From: Mobula birostris
Lineage: Eukaryota
Reading direction: 5' to 3'
DNA length: 64,000 bases
Assembly: GCF_030028105.1 (NCBI RefSeq)
Contig: NC_092379.1
Location: 30,401,715 to 30,465,714, forward strand
How positions within the stretch are numbered: position 1 is the first letter of the stretch; each line of letters starts with the position of its first letter. Shown piece after piece: positions 49,630-63,319 of this stretch. The notes under the pieces are model-generated. The model did not search any database and was not told the origin of the DNA. It saw only the letters and a list, made by a program, of their open reading frames with translations. The translations under genes were made by a program, and so were the position numbers.

Positions 49630-50130
49630 GACCCAATGAAAAATACCATGGCAAAAATCATGCAACAACATGGAACAACATAGCAAGTAGTTTTGCCTCA
49701 TGCCTTGATGATAATAAGGAATACAGTGGCATCTGCAACTGGTTACACCCTTTATAAAGACATGACAGGAAGGGACCTGGGAGGGGTAGAGGAGTTGTTA
49801 GGATTAGATTTGTCAAAACCCGAAATCGACGGGATTGTGTCACAAAAGTAGGTACAACAATAGGTAGAGACAGTGAAAGAGGCCACTTATGTGGCAGCCC
49901 AACAAATAGGAAAGAAAAAGCAACAGAGTAAAAGCTACTTTGACTCATAAATCAGTCCCATATAATTAAGCCCAGAACAAAGAATGATGATTAGAATACA
50001 CCAACCCACCTCATTTTTAAATCCGAGGTTTTCAGGGCCCTCTGAAATTATAGACAAAGCAATTCCTTCAGTGTACAAAATACCGACTTCTCCAGATAAA
50101 AGTGGTACCATATCAACCAGCTGAAATTAG
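49630..50130 (+). mobile_element. Retroviral/LTR integrase C-terminal remnant
   Basis: MKNTMAKIMQQHGTT*QVVLPHALMIIRNTVASATGYTLY..MTGR...PRFSGPSEIIDKAIPSVYK..WYHINQLK, with stops and a frameshift. Confidence 0.6.
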
Positions 50131-50679
50131 TGGGGGATGGGGACAGGAATGTTATCACCATCGGCACACAATAAATTGATGTACATGGCAGCCCTGATTT
50201 GGGAGACTGGAGGATAGAGCAACTGTTCCAAGAAGATGGGAACAGGCCCTATCAAAGGGGTGATTTTCAGTTACTTCATCCCGAGAACTAGGGAAGTTTT
50301 GTCGCAAAGCCAAAGGAAAAGGAAGATATCAGGTAACAAAATTGGGTGAGGAAAAATGGACGCTTTTCATAACAGTACTCACAGGTGCTATCCTATCAAG
50401 CCAATGCTCCATTTTAATTTGGGAGTTTTGCAAATTCTGCTTTGCAAGGTCACAAACCTTGTTAAGCCTTTATTGAAATTTCAAAACGTAATCCAACACA
50501 CTGACACATACTTTCGGATCGGACCACTGTTCTCAGAGTAGGGCCAAAGATCCTCTGGGCCTGTGACCGAAAACAAGCTCAAACGGACTACACTCCAATG
50601 TTCCTTGAACTGAGCCCCTAACAGCAAATAAGAGTAGGGGAGCCTCCCATCCCAGTTTTTTCCCCCCCATTTTCCGCAC

Positions 50680-52760
50680 AATATGTTTTAATCAAAGTGG
50701 CGTGGAACCGTTCCAAGGCTCCCTCGGACTCTGGGTGATATGCAGATGGCACAATGTGCTTATTCCCAGTTCTCCAGCTATCCCCTGGAATGTTCTCGAA
50801 GTAAAATTACTACCCTGGTCAGATTGAATTTCTTTGGGCGACCTACCAGTGTGAGGAACTTGATAAGTGCTTTTACCACAGTCTTGGCCTGAATATTTCT
50901 GAGAGGCACTTCTTCAGCGAACCTAGTCGCAGCACACATAATTGTTAACAAGTACTGATGACCGGCTGCAGTCTTTGGCCATGGGCCAACACAATCCACT
51001 ATATCCCTAGAAAAAGATTCACCAAAAGCATGTATCGGTTTAGGTGATGCTACTTGAATAACTTGATTAGGGTTCCCCACACCCTGGCAAGTATGGCAAA
51101 TCCTGCAAAAATTCACAACATCGTTTCTTAAATTAGGCCAGTAGAATACTTTTATGATCCTTTTCACTGTCTTTCTCACTCCAAAATGTCCACCTAAAGC
51201 GTTATCAAGGACCATGTTTAAAATCTCAGCCCTTTAAATTTTCGGAACCACTGCCGAGTGTGCAATAGCCCAATCCTCACTTGCAGGCACAGCAGGTGGT
51301 CTCCACTTCCTCATTAACACCCCATCCTTAAGGTAGTATCCTACTGACTCTCGCTGCACCTCCTCTTCTGTGAGAGCTGTCTCCTTTAAAGCTACAATTT
51401 CAGGACCTCGATTCTGTTCCTCTATAAATTTCTTTCCGGACAAGGACAAACCTTTCTCATCCACCTTACTCTCCTCTAAGTCCTGCTGGAATAGGGAAGG
51501 TAAGAAATGCTCTGATAAATCATCATGAGCATCAGCAGAGTTTTTAGACATGCTCCTTGTGACTACGCTGCAGAGTAAACATAACTCTCCATGTAGGGTC
51601 ATTAGCAGCAGCTTTGCTCGTTAGCTGAACTGCTGAATAAGCATCATCCTGGTTAGATGTCAACCTCGATCCAGCGTTTACTAAAATCAACACTATCACC
51701 AGACTTACGAAAACCACGTGTATGTTGTGAAAAATACCAAACAATCTATTCATTTTATTTCTACAAGTTCAGCTCGATCTGTCTCCTTTAGACGGCCTCT
51801 TAAACCAAAACAATCCTTCTTCTCCACATCACAATCGTGAAAATCATCTCCATAACCTTGAAGGTGTTTACATCCAAATATTAAAACAAAATTCAAACGG
51901 AGTGGCACATACTTCTTTAGCAGGCCATTGTCCTGAAAACAGGGTCAAAAGTTGCGAAACCAATCCAAACTTCCCCAGTACTTTATTCAAAAGTCCAGAA
52001 ACAACACTTTTCTCAATATCTTCAGTAACATTGGCCACACAATTTTCATCTCATCACTAACTTTTAGAACACTGTCTAATTCACGTGACTGAGAATCCTC
52101 AATTTCCACTGATACTATGGTTAACCCCTTATTCACTGAGCCAAGTCCATCTGACGCAAAAGAACTGCTTTCCTTTCCAACCGAGTCAGACACATCAGAC
52201 CTTAACTGAGCTTCAGTACGAGGTTCACTATTCTGTGAATCCACAGGTACTTCAACAACCTAAACACAGGCAATCAGGACAGTTGCCCCATCTAGACTTT
52301 CATCACTTGTCCCAGTTTCAAACTGAAGGTTACGTTGATCTACCCAGCTACTCCGTGGGAAACTCTTATCCGGATAAACGCAACCTTGTGGGTTAAAACA
52401 ACCTCGTCTGCTGTCTTAGCAGACCCCGCAGGGTGGCGTCATCCTCTGCATCTAGGTATGCCCTTACATCATCGGGGAAACAACTCTTAAATTCATCAAT
52501 CAAAACAAGCCCTTTCGAGCTGTAAATATCATCAGGGTCCAATATGTGACCTCCCATTTGCCACATCTCCCTCTCAAACTCTCTCTGCTTTTCTGCCTCT
52601 TATCTCTGTTTCTCTGCCTCTTCTTCCTGTTTTGCTGCCTTTTCTCTCCGTTTGTCGGCCTCTCTAGCCTCTCTCTCGAGCTGTTTGAATTTCAATTCAT
52701 GCTACCTTTGCTCTTCTTTCAATTTTAACAACTGAAGCTGAATCTCTGCCTCAGTAAATT
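50680..52760 (-). mobile_element. Second Gmr1-type Gypsy element (gag-PR-IN fragment), defective
   Basis: ORF 50778-51215 (GGHFGVRKT..FYWPNLRNDVVNFCRICHTCQ..IVDCVGP) and 51234-51602 (GVLMRKWRPP) are homologous to 12940-13760; coiled-coil gag near 52550-52760. Confidence 0.85.
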
Positions 52761-52783
52761 TATATAAATATAAATATATGTAA

Positions 52784-52836
<53 letters not shown>

Positions 52837-53442
52837 TGTGTGTATGTGCCTGTGTGTGTGTCTGAGTGTGTATAAAAACGAAGCTTATTCAAGCCTAGGG
52901 GTAAATGGATACAGTCTTATTATGATGGATAAAGTTCGGTTCAATTCGTAGTATTCAGTTGACTAGTGAGTAGTGATGGAGAGGGAGAGGTGTTGTCGTT
53001 GTCCGAGTAAGACGATGCCGTTGATTCTTCCCTTTATCCTCCAAAATCCTTTAGAAGTCACCAAATATGACCACAGCAAAGAGACCGTCTTCTGTGGGGG
53101 AGTTATCAACCCAGACGAGGGTTGGCAACACTTCCCGCCAGTCACACCTTTTCCAAACTGTGAGAGCCACTGATCGATTCTCCTGATCGATCCTCCAAAA
53201 ACCCATCCTTCTGCCGCTCAACAAAGCTCATCCAGTGTCGAAAACCATATGTGTCTAACAGCCAGCTGACCTTGTATTTATCTCATCACGCTGAGCACCA
53301 GCTGTCCATCAAGTAGCTCCTCCCTTCTCTCTCTGTAGGAACTCAGAGCTGGCAGTGTCTTTGCAGAAACTTCAAACAAACTCAAACAAACTGTGAGCAG
53401 TCCTCGCCTCTCTGTCTGTCTGTCACTCTCTCTCTCTCTGTC

Positions 53443-53475
<33 letters not shown>

Positions 53476-53480
53476 GTTTC

Positions 53481-53512
<32 letters not shown>

Positions 53513-53597
53513 AATAACAAATTTTTTGCGCTGTACAGCTCTCTCTCTCTCTTTTTTTAAAGCACAGATCATAAAGGATAATTCAGGGTCCCGTCAG
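52761..53597 (-). mobile_element. LTR-like sequence with (TG)n (52786-52870) and (TC)n (53410-53512) tracts
   Basis: Same layout as the GA-containing LTR at 16052, in reverse orientation; ends not confirmed by a TSD. Confidence 0.55.
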
Positions 53598-53994
53598 ACT
53601 ATGTTGCTACTGATTTGCCACCATTTCCTCACTTGACTGCAGACCGGACAGGTGTTGTGGATGAAGCAAGGGATATAATCCATCAATGGACAAAACACAC
53701 TGAAGTAATTAAAGCACACTCTGATAAGGCAAATGAAATATTGAGCGATCCAAATTTTGGAGTAAGCTTTCTAATTGTGGGACGAATGTTCAAATACATC
53801 CGTGGGTAATAACAGTATCTTCTTTTTTTGGCTATCCATCGATTTCAATGTTGTACGGCTTGCACAGTAATATGATCAGTATTCCAGAGGGTGATTCCTG
53901 TATCTCTGGAATATAGGAAGGTCAGTTCTGTCCCTCCTGCAACCAAGTCTCACTAATGGCTACAATATCATAATTCAGGTTTTGACTTATGACC

Positions 53995-55250
53995 TGAGGT
54001 TATCTGCCTTTCCCACGGTACTCTTGCATTGAAACATAGCAGGCCCGGAGAGCGCCGGCATAATGTCTTGTTCTGTGCACAAGAAGGGAAGGCAGTGATG
54101 AAGTCGTGGATGATGTTCTTGACATAAATGGCTACCAAAATCGTCTCTTCATAAATTTCAGGGTCCGTTGAATTCCTGGGTGGCCAACCAGATGGGAAGA
54201 GTGTTCCCCACTCCACCTCTCTCGGGAGCACACTTGCAGCGAAGAACAGCAGGTTTGGAGGTGCCCAGCTGGGACTGCGTCCAACTGTGGGACTGCCGTA
54301 GCTTCTGTCTCTGTTCCGCAAATTACCGAAGCAGCACTGCCTAAGTCAGAAAGGATGGGCTCTGGATTCGCCTTGTCTTTAGACACGTCGAACTGCCAGG
54401 AAAATACGCCGGCCTTAGTATTCTTGCTGTGTGGACGGCAGGTGACAGTAAAATCAAACCGCGTGAAGAAAACTGCCGAATGGGCTTAATGGGAATTAAC
54501 TAATGGGAAGAGGGGACGGTTCCTCACTGTGACGTTGTTGAGGGCCCTATAATATATACGAGGTCGGAGCTTGCCATCCTTCTTGCTCACAAAAGATAAT
54601 CTCGCTTCTGCTTGCGAGGATGTTGGATGAATAAATCCGAAGGCCAAAGCAACTTTAATGTACTCTTTGATAGCCAGTGATTCAGGGCGGGAGAGGGAAA
54701 AACAGCTAGCCCCAGTAAGGGATAATGCCGGGTAAGAGGTGAATGGCGCAGTCGTCTAGCTGGTGTTGAAGCAGGGAGGTGGCTCTCTTGTTACTGAAGA
54801 CCCCAAGAAGATCAGAATGCTCAGCTGGAACAAAGACAGGTCCAAGCTAGCGGTTAGGAGAGGTGGGGTTACTCGAGAGGCCTGTGCTGGACCCAAACTG
54901 ATAGATAGACATGCCGATCCCCATTCTTGGAGCGCCTTTAGTGATCAATCGATCCGGGGGCTGTGTCGGGATAGTCAAGGTAAGCTCGCACCAGCGGCAG
55001 TTCGAACGTACCATCAGGATAGAGGAAAGTTGTTCCCTAAGGTTGCCTTCTATCACAAGTTACAGGGTTTCAGTGGAAAGGTGGAGTTTGTCGGTCCCCA
55101 GAGATCTGCCATCCAGAGACTTGACGACAATATTCTCTCCCAGTTCCCGAGTTGGAACTCTTCATCTCTGAGCCAGAGAGATACCCAGAAGGTTCCTGGT
55201 TGCCCAGTCAATAAATGACTGCCTTGGGTTTGAGATCCACAAGACAAGAA
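53995..55250 (-). mobile_element. Sushi/Tf2-type Gypsy pol remnant with internal deletion
   Basis: RT start ([24 protein letters not shown], ~54500-54650) joined to the integrase zinc finger (HSSHLVGHPGIQRTLKFMKRRFW; IHDFITAFPSCAQNK). Confidence 0.8.
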
Positions 55251-56129
55251 AGCTAGGAACTAGGAGCACTGAGGGATTAGGAGACGATACATGCAGGCAG
55301 ACTCGGCCCGTCAGAAGTTTCATTTGTATATACTATATAACGTATAGCTATATACGTTAATTACATGCATATATTCAAATGGCAATAAGCTTGCATTAAC
55401 ATGGCTCCTTGCTAACCTCTTTCACTGGGCGCTTGTGTGATGATGCCCGGAAAGGTTGTGGGGGGGGGGGGGGCGGTGGAGTGGTGGTTTGAAGAGGATA
55501 GGGATGGAAAGAAACAGAAATGGAACTGAAATAGAGTTGTGAAGGTGGAGAACGTGAGGGGCAGAGTTTGGGCCCTGTTTTCCTCCTTCCATGCTTCTCC
55601 CATTCCCCATCCTTACATGCCCCTCTCTTAAGGAGACGCCGGCGATCAAGTGACCTCTTGGTCCTGCGGTTTGGGATCGTGAACATTGGTGTGGGGGGAG
55701 GAGGGTAATGGGATGAGTGAAGTAACTCCATACTGGATCCCAAAGAAATTTTTAGCTCCGTGTTATGTTAAGTAATCCTTTTCATTATTACGATCGCTCC
55801 TTACACACAAATATCAGCTGAACACACGCGAAACAAATACAACTCGAAAATTACCTTTGCATTTACTTTCCAAAGGTCCATGTGTTCCAGGTTCTTTGCG
55901 AGTACGGACCTGTCGTGAAAATACGAACATCAAGACCAAATGAATTGATGCAATGCATCCCCGAGCTCTTGAACTCCAGTGTCCGAGTACATTTCAAACT
56001 CCATTCCCATACAATCGTTTTCCATAGTATTACTAAAGCACCAGAAGCAAAGAATCGATTTTACTGTAGTGACTGAAATTGTGTAAATACGGGGAAGATG
56101 CACTTGGAGTAGAATCCGATGTGAAATAT

Positions 56130-56520
56130 TAGAATCAGAATCAGTATCAGCTTATATTATGTCCTGAAATTTGTGGTTTTGCGGCACCAGTGTACTGAAA
56201 TGCGGAAGAATAAAAACTATAAATTACAGTAAGAAGTACATATGAAAAGCAAAAATAAATTAATTAGGCAGTATGAAAAGAGAGCTAAATATTGAGGTAA
56301 CGTTCATTGTCCATTCAGAAATCTCAGGGCAGAAAGGAAGAAGCTGTTCCTGCTCGTGTGTCTTCAGATTCCTATACTTCCTCCTTAGTGGTAGTAATGA
56401 GAAAAGGACAGAACACGGCGGTGGGGCTGTTAATGATGGGTGAAGCCTTTTAGAAGCATTTCCTTTTGAAGGTGTCGTGAATCCTGGGGAGACTATTGCC
56501 CCTGATGGAGCTGGCACAGG
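56130..56520 (-). mobile_element. Rex/Babar LINE 3' end
   Basis: ORF 56260-56517 LFSLLPLRRKYRNLKTH; (agaatc)n tail at 56131-56150. Confidence 0.7.
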
Positions 56521-57399
56521 TTACAAATTTCTGCTGCATTTCCCATCCTGTACTTTGGTCCTCTAGACTAGATAATATGGCAACCAGCTGGAAGGCTCTC
56601 AGTCTAACGAAGAATATGTCACCTTATCACTCTTCATAATCATTTTTTGTTTAAATCAGTTATGGAGGGATATGCGGCCATTTGAAAGGTTAAGGTCCTG
56701 AACTGCGGCAGTGCAATTTTTTTTTTTTTTTTTTTTTTGCGTGAGATCTTGTGTGAGATATTGCTGTGCTTGTTCTGGTGAGATTGTTTGCCGGGGTGCC
56801 TGCGAAATGGAAGGACATTATAAGTGTGATATGAAGAATTGATGACCCACATGTATCAGCGGACTGAATCACAATGCTGGTGGGTTCAGGGAAAGGAGTT
56901 TCATGGAAGATATTGACACTTTGTTAATAAAAAAAATAGATTACACTACACATATGCATTTTGGAACTAGTGAATCCCTTGATGATGAGATGAAGGGTAA
57001 ACATAGAAACATAGAAACATAGAAAATCTACAGCACAATACAGGTCCTTCGGCCCACAAAGTTGTGCCGAACATGTCCTTACATTAGAAATTACTAGGCT
57101 TACCTACAGCACATAGGTGCACACACAAGACAGGTAAGGGAGAGAGGAGGGAAAATTACACATTTCTGTAACGCGAGGTGAAGTAAAACCCTAAGAGATT
57201 CCAAGGTATGCTGAAAGTAAAACGGAGGCACAAATAGAATTCGTCCCCATAAAGAAAAGCATGGCCACCACTGTGTGGAATAAAGCAAAATGGGTGAAAA
57301 CTTTAATGAAGATTTATCTTAGGATTTTACAATAGAGAAAGCAATCGAAATTAAAGAAATAGACTAAATGAGTGTTACTTACTTGTGAGACATTTTCCT

Positions 57400-59400
57400 T
57401 TCATCTCTGGCCGCAGGTCAAGTTCAGGGGGACTGGCAAGTGGCTAACGCAGTGTCATTGTTCAGAAAGAGATCGTGAAGACAAGCAAGGGCCTATAGGC
57501 CAAGGAGTTTGGCATCAGATGATCTTAGGTCGCTATAAACTAGCTGAGAAATATTGAGATGTATCACCATTCCGAGAGTTGGGTCTGTTTTCCAATGGTC
57601 CGCGCGTTTTTATTCGTGGGAGATTATGATCGACTAAACTACCGGAATAATTAAGGCTACGAATGAATGTAGGACCGTGAATGTTGTCTGGGTGAACATC
57701 GCCAAATTATTTGACAAGCTCCCCATTGCTGTCTTGATTAGAAGGTTAGATTGCAGGGATGATAGCGGATTGGATTCTCATTACTCCAGTTATAGGAGGT
57801 TTCCTTCTCAAACAGGAATCCTCTGACTTACTGGTGTGCTATGGATCTGTGCCAGAAATGTCATTGTTTGCAGCTTAGAGAAATAACTTGGATGCGAATA
57901 CGTTTCTCTATTTGCCTGTTAAAACGAATCTCAAGGTAGTAAAGTGTGACATATATGCACTCCCAATAAATGTTCTTTGAACTTTGAACATTTTCTTTTT
58001 TCTCCATATTTTCTCCATTCATCCTCATAAATTGACTCTAGATATCTGTAGGAATATACGCTTAAGGTGTAGGGGATAGGTAACTGGATGCTTGTCGGGA
58101 GAAGGAAAGGGGATAGCAGTAGTGCAGCATATCCTTGTGGATATTGTCCAGGGTTGCGGGACCTAGCACTGCATAACCACAACAGTCAGGTCTCTGGCAC
58201 ACAACTTGATTCTATGAATCGGAAGGGAAAGGGTGTTATGCAGTTGAGCGGCAGTGATATGGGATTCAGTGGTTTGGAACAAGTCACCAGGGTCTGTGGA
58301 TGGGCACGAGATTGATGGTGGCAATGAATCTTGCCCCGTGTCAGTTTCAGGGATATCTGGGATCGAGTCCACAGCATTCTTTCGAGAGAGACTGAGAATC
58401 GAGAAGACGTAGTCCACCGCGGTGCATTTGGCGGAGGCAGGAAGGATAGTGAAGATCTGCTATTTGATATCAAAGAGTGTGGTGATACGGTAAATTGCAG
58501 GACATCCAGGATGGCGATTTCAAGATTATTACTACTAAACGTGCAAGCGAGGATAGAAATAACAAGATAATATATTTTATTCGGTTATGAGTGAGAAGGT
58601 GTGTCATCGATGGCCTCAGAATTTTAGATCATTCGCCTCTCTTCCAGTGAACTTGGGATCTGTGCACATGGGAAGGCCTGAACTGGAACTGGAGTCTTGC
58701 CGGGTACTGGAGCCAGCGCGCAGAACAGCTGGAGAACTGTTGTGGGTAAGTATACATTAACCCAATATTGAAAGAAAGGAAACAAGCTGTCGAACATTGT
58801 GGGACTGATGTTCTGTGTTGCGCCTATTCCACTGCAAGGAGTGTTGAGGTTAAAGCAGATGAGCCGCTGCATTTATGATACCACATCCATTAGTGAGACT
58901 TGTTTGCAGGAGTGGCAGGTCAGGCAGCTCAAATTACCAGCTTTCTATTTTGCTTTAGACATGATAGATGAGAAAGTATTTGAGTGGTATGAGTGACATG
59001 ACCGTCATGGTTAATGTCATGGCTGTGCTCAGACAGGACAGACTGGAGGGCTCGTTTACTGCAGCTACATGGGTGAAATGGACGAATAAGAAATGGCTGA
59101 AAATCTTACTGGGCTTATATTATAGACTAATCGGTATCGACAGGATATAGGATAACAAATTTGTAGAGAAGTGCAAGATGGTTGAGAGAAAATTAAAGTG
59201 GTGGAGATAGATATTTTTAACTTTAGAGATATGGACTGGGAGTTTCATACTGGAGAAGGCCTGGTACGGATTTTTTCAGATATGTTCAGAACAATTTCGT
59301 TGATCAATCTATAATGGTCCTACCTAGGGAGGGGACGATATAGACCCCCTATAAGAGAAAGAGACAGAGCACGTACGGAAGTGTATGCAAGGGGAAACTT
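57400..59400 (+). mobile_element. Old CR1 fragments (RT piece; ORF1 esterase and ORF2 EN pieces)
   Basis: QGDWQVAN (57420), VVHRGAFGGGRKDSEDL (58400), LRCIYDTTSISETCLQEWQVRQL (58860). Confidence 0.65.
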
Positions 59401-59844
59401 TGTATTTAGTGATGAGAATGTCATTCGTTTAAAGACAATTATGGAGGAGGATAGGAGTGGTCCTCGGATTGACATTCCAAATTGGTCAAGTTTGATAGCA
59501 TCCGAAAGAATTTATCCGGTGTGGATTTGGATAGGTTATGTTCTGTGAAAGGGATGATAAATATGTGAGACTTTTCAAAAATAAAGTATTTAAAGTACAG
59601 AGTTGTACTGTAAGTTTCTGTTAGGATATGAATCATGGCTAGTAGGTTTAGAGGACCTTGGGTTTTAGGGGGCACCAACTTCCTGTTTAAGAACAACGTC
59701 CTGTTTAAGAAGAATAAGGGCTATGTAGCAAGTATGGGCACCATGGAACAAATGAGATAGTTAAGTACTATAATAAACTCAAAGGAACACCTAAGAAAAT
59801 AATATAAGTGGCAAAATGTCGGAAGATCTTACTTTTATAAATAG

Positions 59845-61615
59845 GTTCATTTCATTTCATTTTTAAATCTTTTTATTAATATATAATCTTCTAGAGCTAT
59901 AAAATACAAAACTTCAACAAATTAGTATATATATAATTAATAAAACTGAAAAAAACATATATATGCTAATGAAAAAAAATATAAAAGAAAACGAAGGGAA
60001 AAAGAGAACCCCAGCTAACTGATAAAAAAAACACTAACTATAAAACAAAAAAAAAGAGAGAGGAAGAAACCCATTAGGAACCAACGCCCGGAGCAATACA
60101 CCTTACAACCATTTATATATAAGAAGGAAAAAACAACAACCGCCGAATCACATTTATATAACATAAAATTGGAAGCAAACCATGTAAATTGATTCAAATT
60201 AAATGATAATACTTAGCAAAAGAGCCCCACCTTCTCTCAAAATCAAATCGGGGATCAAAAGTTCTACTTCTATTTTTTTTTTCCAAACTAAGACGTAACA
60301 TTACTTGGGAAAACCATTGAGTTAGTGTAGGAGCAGCTGTACCTTTCCACTTCAATAAAATAGCTCTTCTTGCCAACAATGTAAAGAATGCAATTACATG
60401 TTGGTTTGAAAATGAAATACCCTGAATACGATACGGAACTATTCCAAATAGAACAGTCAATGTATTAGGTTGTAAATTAATTTTCAAAGCTTTAGAAATT
60501 GTAAAAAATAAAGGTTTCCAAAAAGATTTCAACGAGAGATATGACCAGAACATATGTGACAAAGTAGCTATTTCATTTTTGCACCTATCACAGTAATTAT
60601 CTATATTAGAGAATATCTTGGATAGCCTGTCCTTTGTTAAATAATAACGGTGAACAATTTTAAACTGAATTAAACGATTATTGGCACATATCGAAGAAGA
60701 ATTAACCATTTTCAAAACTCGCGACCAGTCTTCATTAACAAAAGTAATATTAAGTTCATTCTCCCAATCTTGTTTATTCTTTAGTGAGAGGTTATCTTTT
60801 TGTAGTAAAATAAATTATAAATTCTACAATAGAACCTCTCACTAAGGGATTCATATTCAAAATAGTGTCCAACAAATCAGATTCTTGCATATATGGAAAC
60901 ACAGAAACATTTAAAAAAATGTCTAACCTGTAAATATTGCAAGAGATGTGTGTGTGTGAGAGAGAATATTTACTAATTAACTCTTCAAAAGACATCAATC
61001 GACCATCACTAAATAAATCTGCAAAAGAACAAATCCCCTTATTTCTCCATAAAAGAAAGATGGGATCAGTAATTGAAGGTTTAAAAAACAAATTTCGAAA
61101 TACAGAACTAGACAATTTAAATTGTTTGAAATTAAGAGGGTTGCGAAACTGAAATCAAATCCATACGGACTGTTTAATAACAGGGTAGAAATTTAAATTA
61201 GAAATTTTAGCAAGTTGTAAAGGTAATGGAACTGCTAATGGTGAAGTTAAATAAAATTGATTAATAGTTTTAAATTCTAAATCAATCCAAGCTGGGTTTT
61301 GGTTCTTATTGAGCCAATGTAACCAAAAACGTAATTGTCGAATACTAACAGCCCAATAATACAATCTTAAATTAGGTAGCGCGAGTCCACCTTCTTTTTT
61401 AGATTCTTGTAAAAGAAACTTATTAACTCTTGTTTCTTTTTTAATTATTCCAAATAAAGGACGAAATAGTAGAGTCAATCTGACCAAAAAAAAATTTGGT
61501 TAGAAAGATAGGTATATTTTGAAAAATATATAAAAATCGAGGTAAAATCATCATTTTCACGGCATGAATACGACCTATTAAAAAAAGTGCTAGAGGATTC
61601 CATCCGAAAAATGAT
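59845..61615 (-). mobile_element. L1 LINE ORF2 3' part with 3' UTR, frameshifted
   Basis: ORFs 61155-61487 (KKEGGLALPNLRLYYWA) and 60194-60715 (LIQFKIVHRYY..CDRCKNEIATLSHMFW..FERRWGSF); AT-rich tail near 59845-59880. Confidence 0.9.
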
Positions 61616-62455
61616 GAAACAATGTACAGGGAGGAGATCAAACATTTAGAGAGCTGGTGTAGTGATAACAGCTTGATGCTTAATGTCACCAAAACCAAGG
61701 AGATGATCGTCGATTTCAGACGGTTTCAGCCTGAGCATACACCCCTCAGCATCAGCGGCTCCACAGTGGAGAAAGTGTATAACATCAAGTTCCTTGGGGT
61801 GCAGATCTCGGACAATCTCACCTGGTCCAGGAACACCACTGGGATTGTGAAAAGGGCCCAGCAGAGATTGCACTTTCTGAAGAAGCTTAAATAAGCATCA
61901 CTCCTTGAAAACATCTTAACTACATTCTACAGAGGCGTGTTTGAGAGTGTGCTGACCTTTTGCATCGCAATCTGGTACTCCAGCTGCTGTGCTGTCGACA
62001 GAAAGCCTTGCAGAAGGTGGTTAGGGGAGCAGAGATGGTTATTGGCGTCTCCCTACCTTCTGTCCAAAACCTGTTTCAGAGCGGATGCCTCCAGAAGACA
62101 CAGTACATCATCAAAGACCCCTCGTACCCTCTCTATGAATTGATTGTTCTTCTGTCATCAGGTAAGCGTTTCAGGAGCATCAAAACTAAAACCACAAGGC
62201 TACTAAACAGTTTCCTCCCACAGACAGTCAGACTGCTAAATAGCTGCTATACCTGACTCTGCTTTGGACACTTTTAACATGCACTGGACGCTTATAACTT
62301 GAATTTAAATGACATGAGGCTGTTGTGTTTTACTATTTATTGTTATGTTTATTATTTAGTGTTGCGTTTGTTATGTAATGATTTCACTGCTCCTGGGAAA
62401 CGCTGTCTCATTGTGCCCTGCAGAGCTGATGTACGGTTAGAATGACAATAAAGTT
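61616..62455 (+). mobile_element. Rex/Babar LINE 3' half
   Basis: ORF 61622-61894 WCSDNSLMLNVTKTKEMIVDFRR..KFLGVQISDNLTWS..AQQRLHFLKKLK; aataaa at 62447. Confidence 0.92.
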
Positions 62456-63114
62456 TTTTATTGGAAAAACTTACCGAATTGAGATTTGGTTGGTATTATG
62501 TGGAGGCTGGACAGAATAGGTAGAAGATTATTGTTGTGATGGAATTATGGATGAGTATTCAAAACATACATGCAGAAAAGTGCTGTGTATGATAAATAAA
62601 GGCATTTCTTGGCGTGGAGGTTCGTGAGGACGAGTCAGATTTCACTGGTTGATGAAGAGGCAGATGTATAATGGTGGTAGATTCAGCACATCTGAAAGTT
62701 GGAGGAAGCGCCACGTCTCGATTCAGAAGGTTTCGCCGGTGGAATGTTATCGCGGACATCACGTGAGGAACGTCCTCCAGTCTGTTCCAACTGATATTTG
62801 AAACTACTTTTTGCGGAGACTACCGGGACATGCGATACTAACTTACTTTGAAACGTTAACTGCACTTTGTGTCTGCAGCAATTTTAGCATTACAGTTTGA
62901 TATTATCCATTCTCTCAGGCACATAGATGGGGATGTGTTGTCCTTTAACGACGGTAGATTGTGTACTTTCGTATTACAGCATTAATATTTTGTTTAATTT
63001 TGATATGAATGAGAGACAATTCAGTCAATGCAGGATGTCTGTCTGGCGGCCAAGAGAAATCCCTTTGCATTTTGACACATGCTTATGTATCAAGCTGTGA
63101 ATATTTGTGTTTTT

Positions 63115-63300
63115 TCCCACTCTCCCCACCTTTTAAATCTATTCCTCATCTGCTTTCCTCTAGTCCTGCCGAAGGGTCTCGGCCCAAACGTCGACTGTAC
63201 TTATTTTCTGCGGTTGCTGTCTGGCCTGCTGTGTTCCTCCAGTATTTTGTGTGTGCTGCTTGGACTTCTAGCATCTGCAGATTTCTCTTCTTCATGTTTG
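63115..63300 (+). mobile_element. Penelope pseudo-LTR fragment
   Basis: tagtcctgccgaagggtctcggcccaaacgtcgactgtac..gctgtctggcctgctg. Confidence 0.75.
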
Positions 63301-63319
63301 TGTCTCCCTCTGTATTATT

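Noticed and set aside
53840-53945. Minus-strand YYCAS and GGTELT motifs suggesting a V or J
   Set aside because: In-frame stop just before YYC, no RSS or splice donor, and the GGTEL stretch is an alternate frame of CR1 endonuclease (YDIVAISETWLQEG).
55396-55743. 115-aa ORF with an RTKR furin-like site
   Set aside because: Built on poly-G/proline low-complexity sequence with no env hallmarks or other support.
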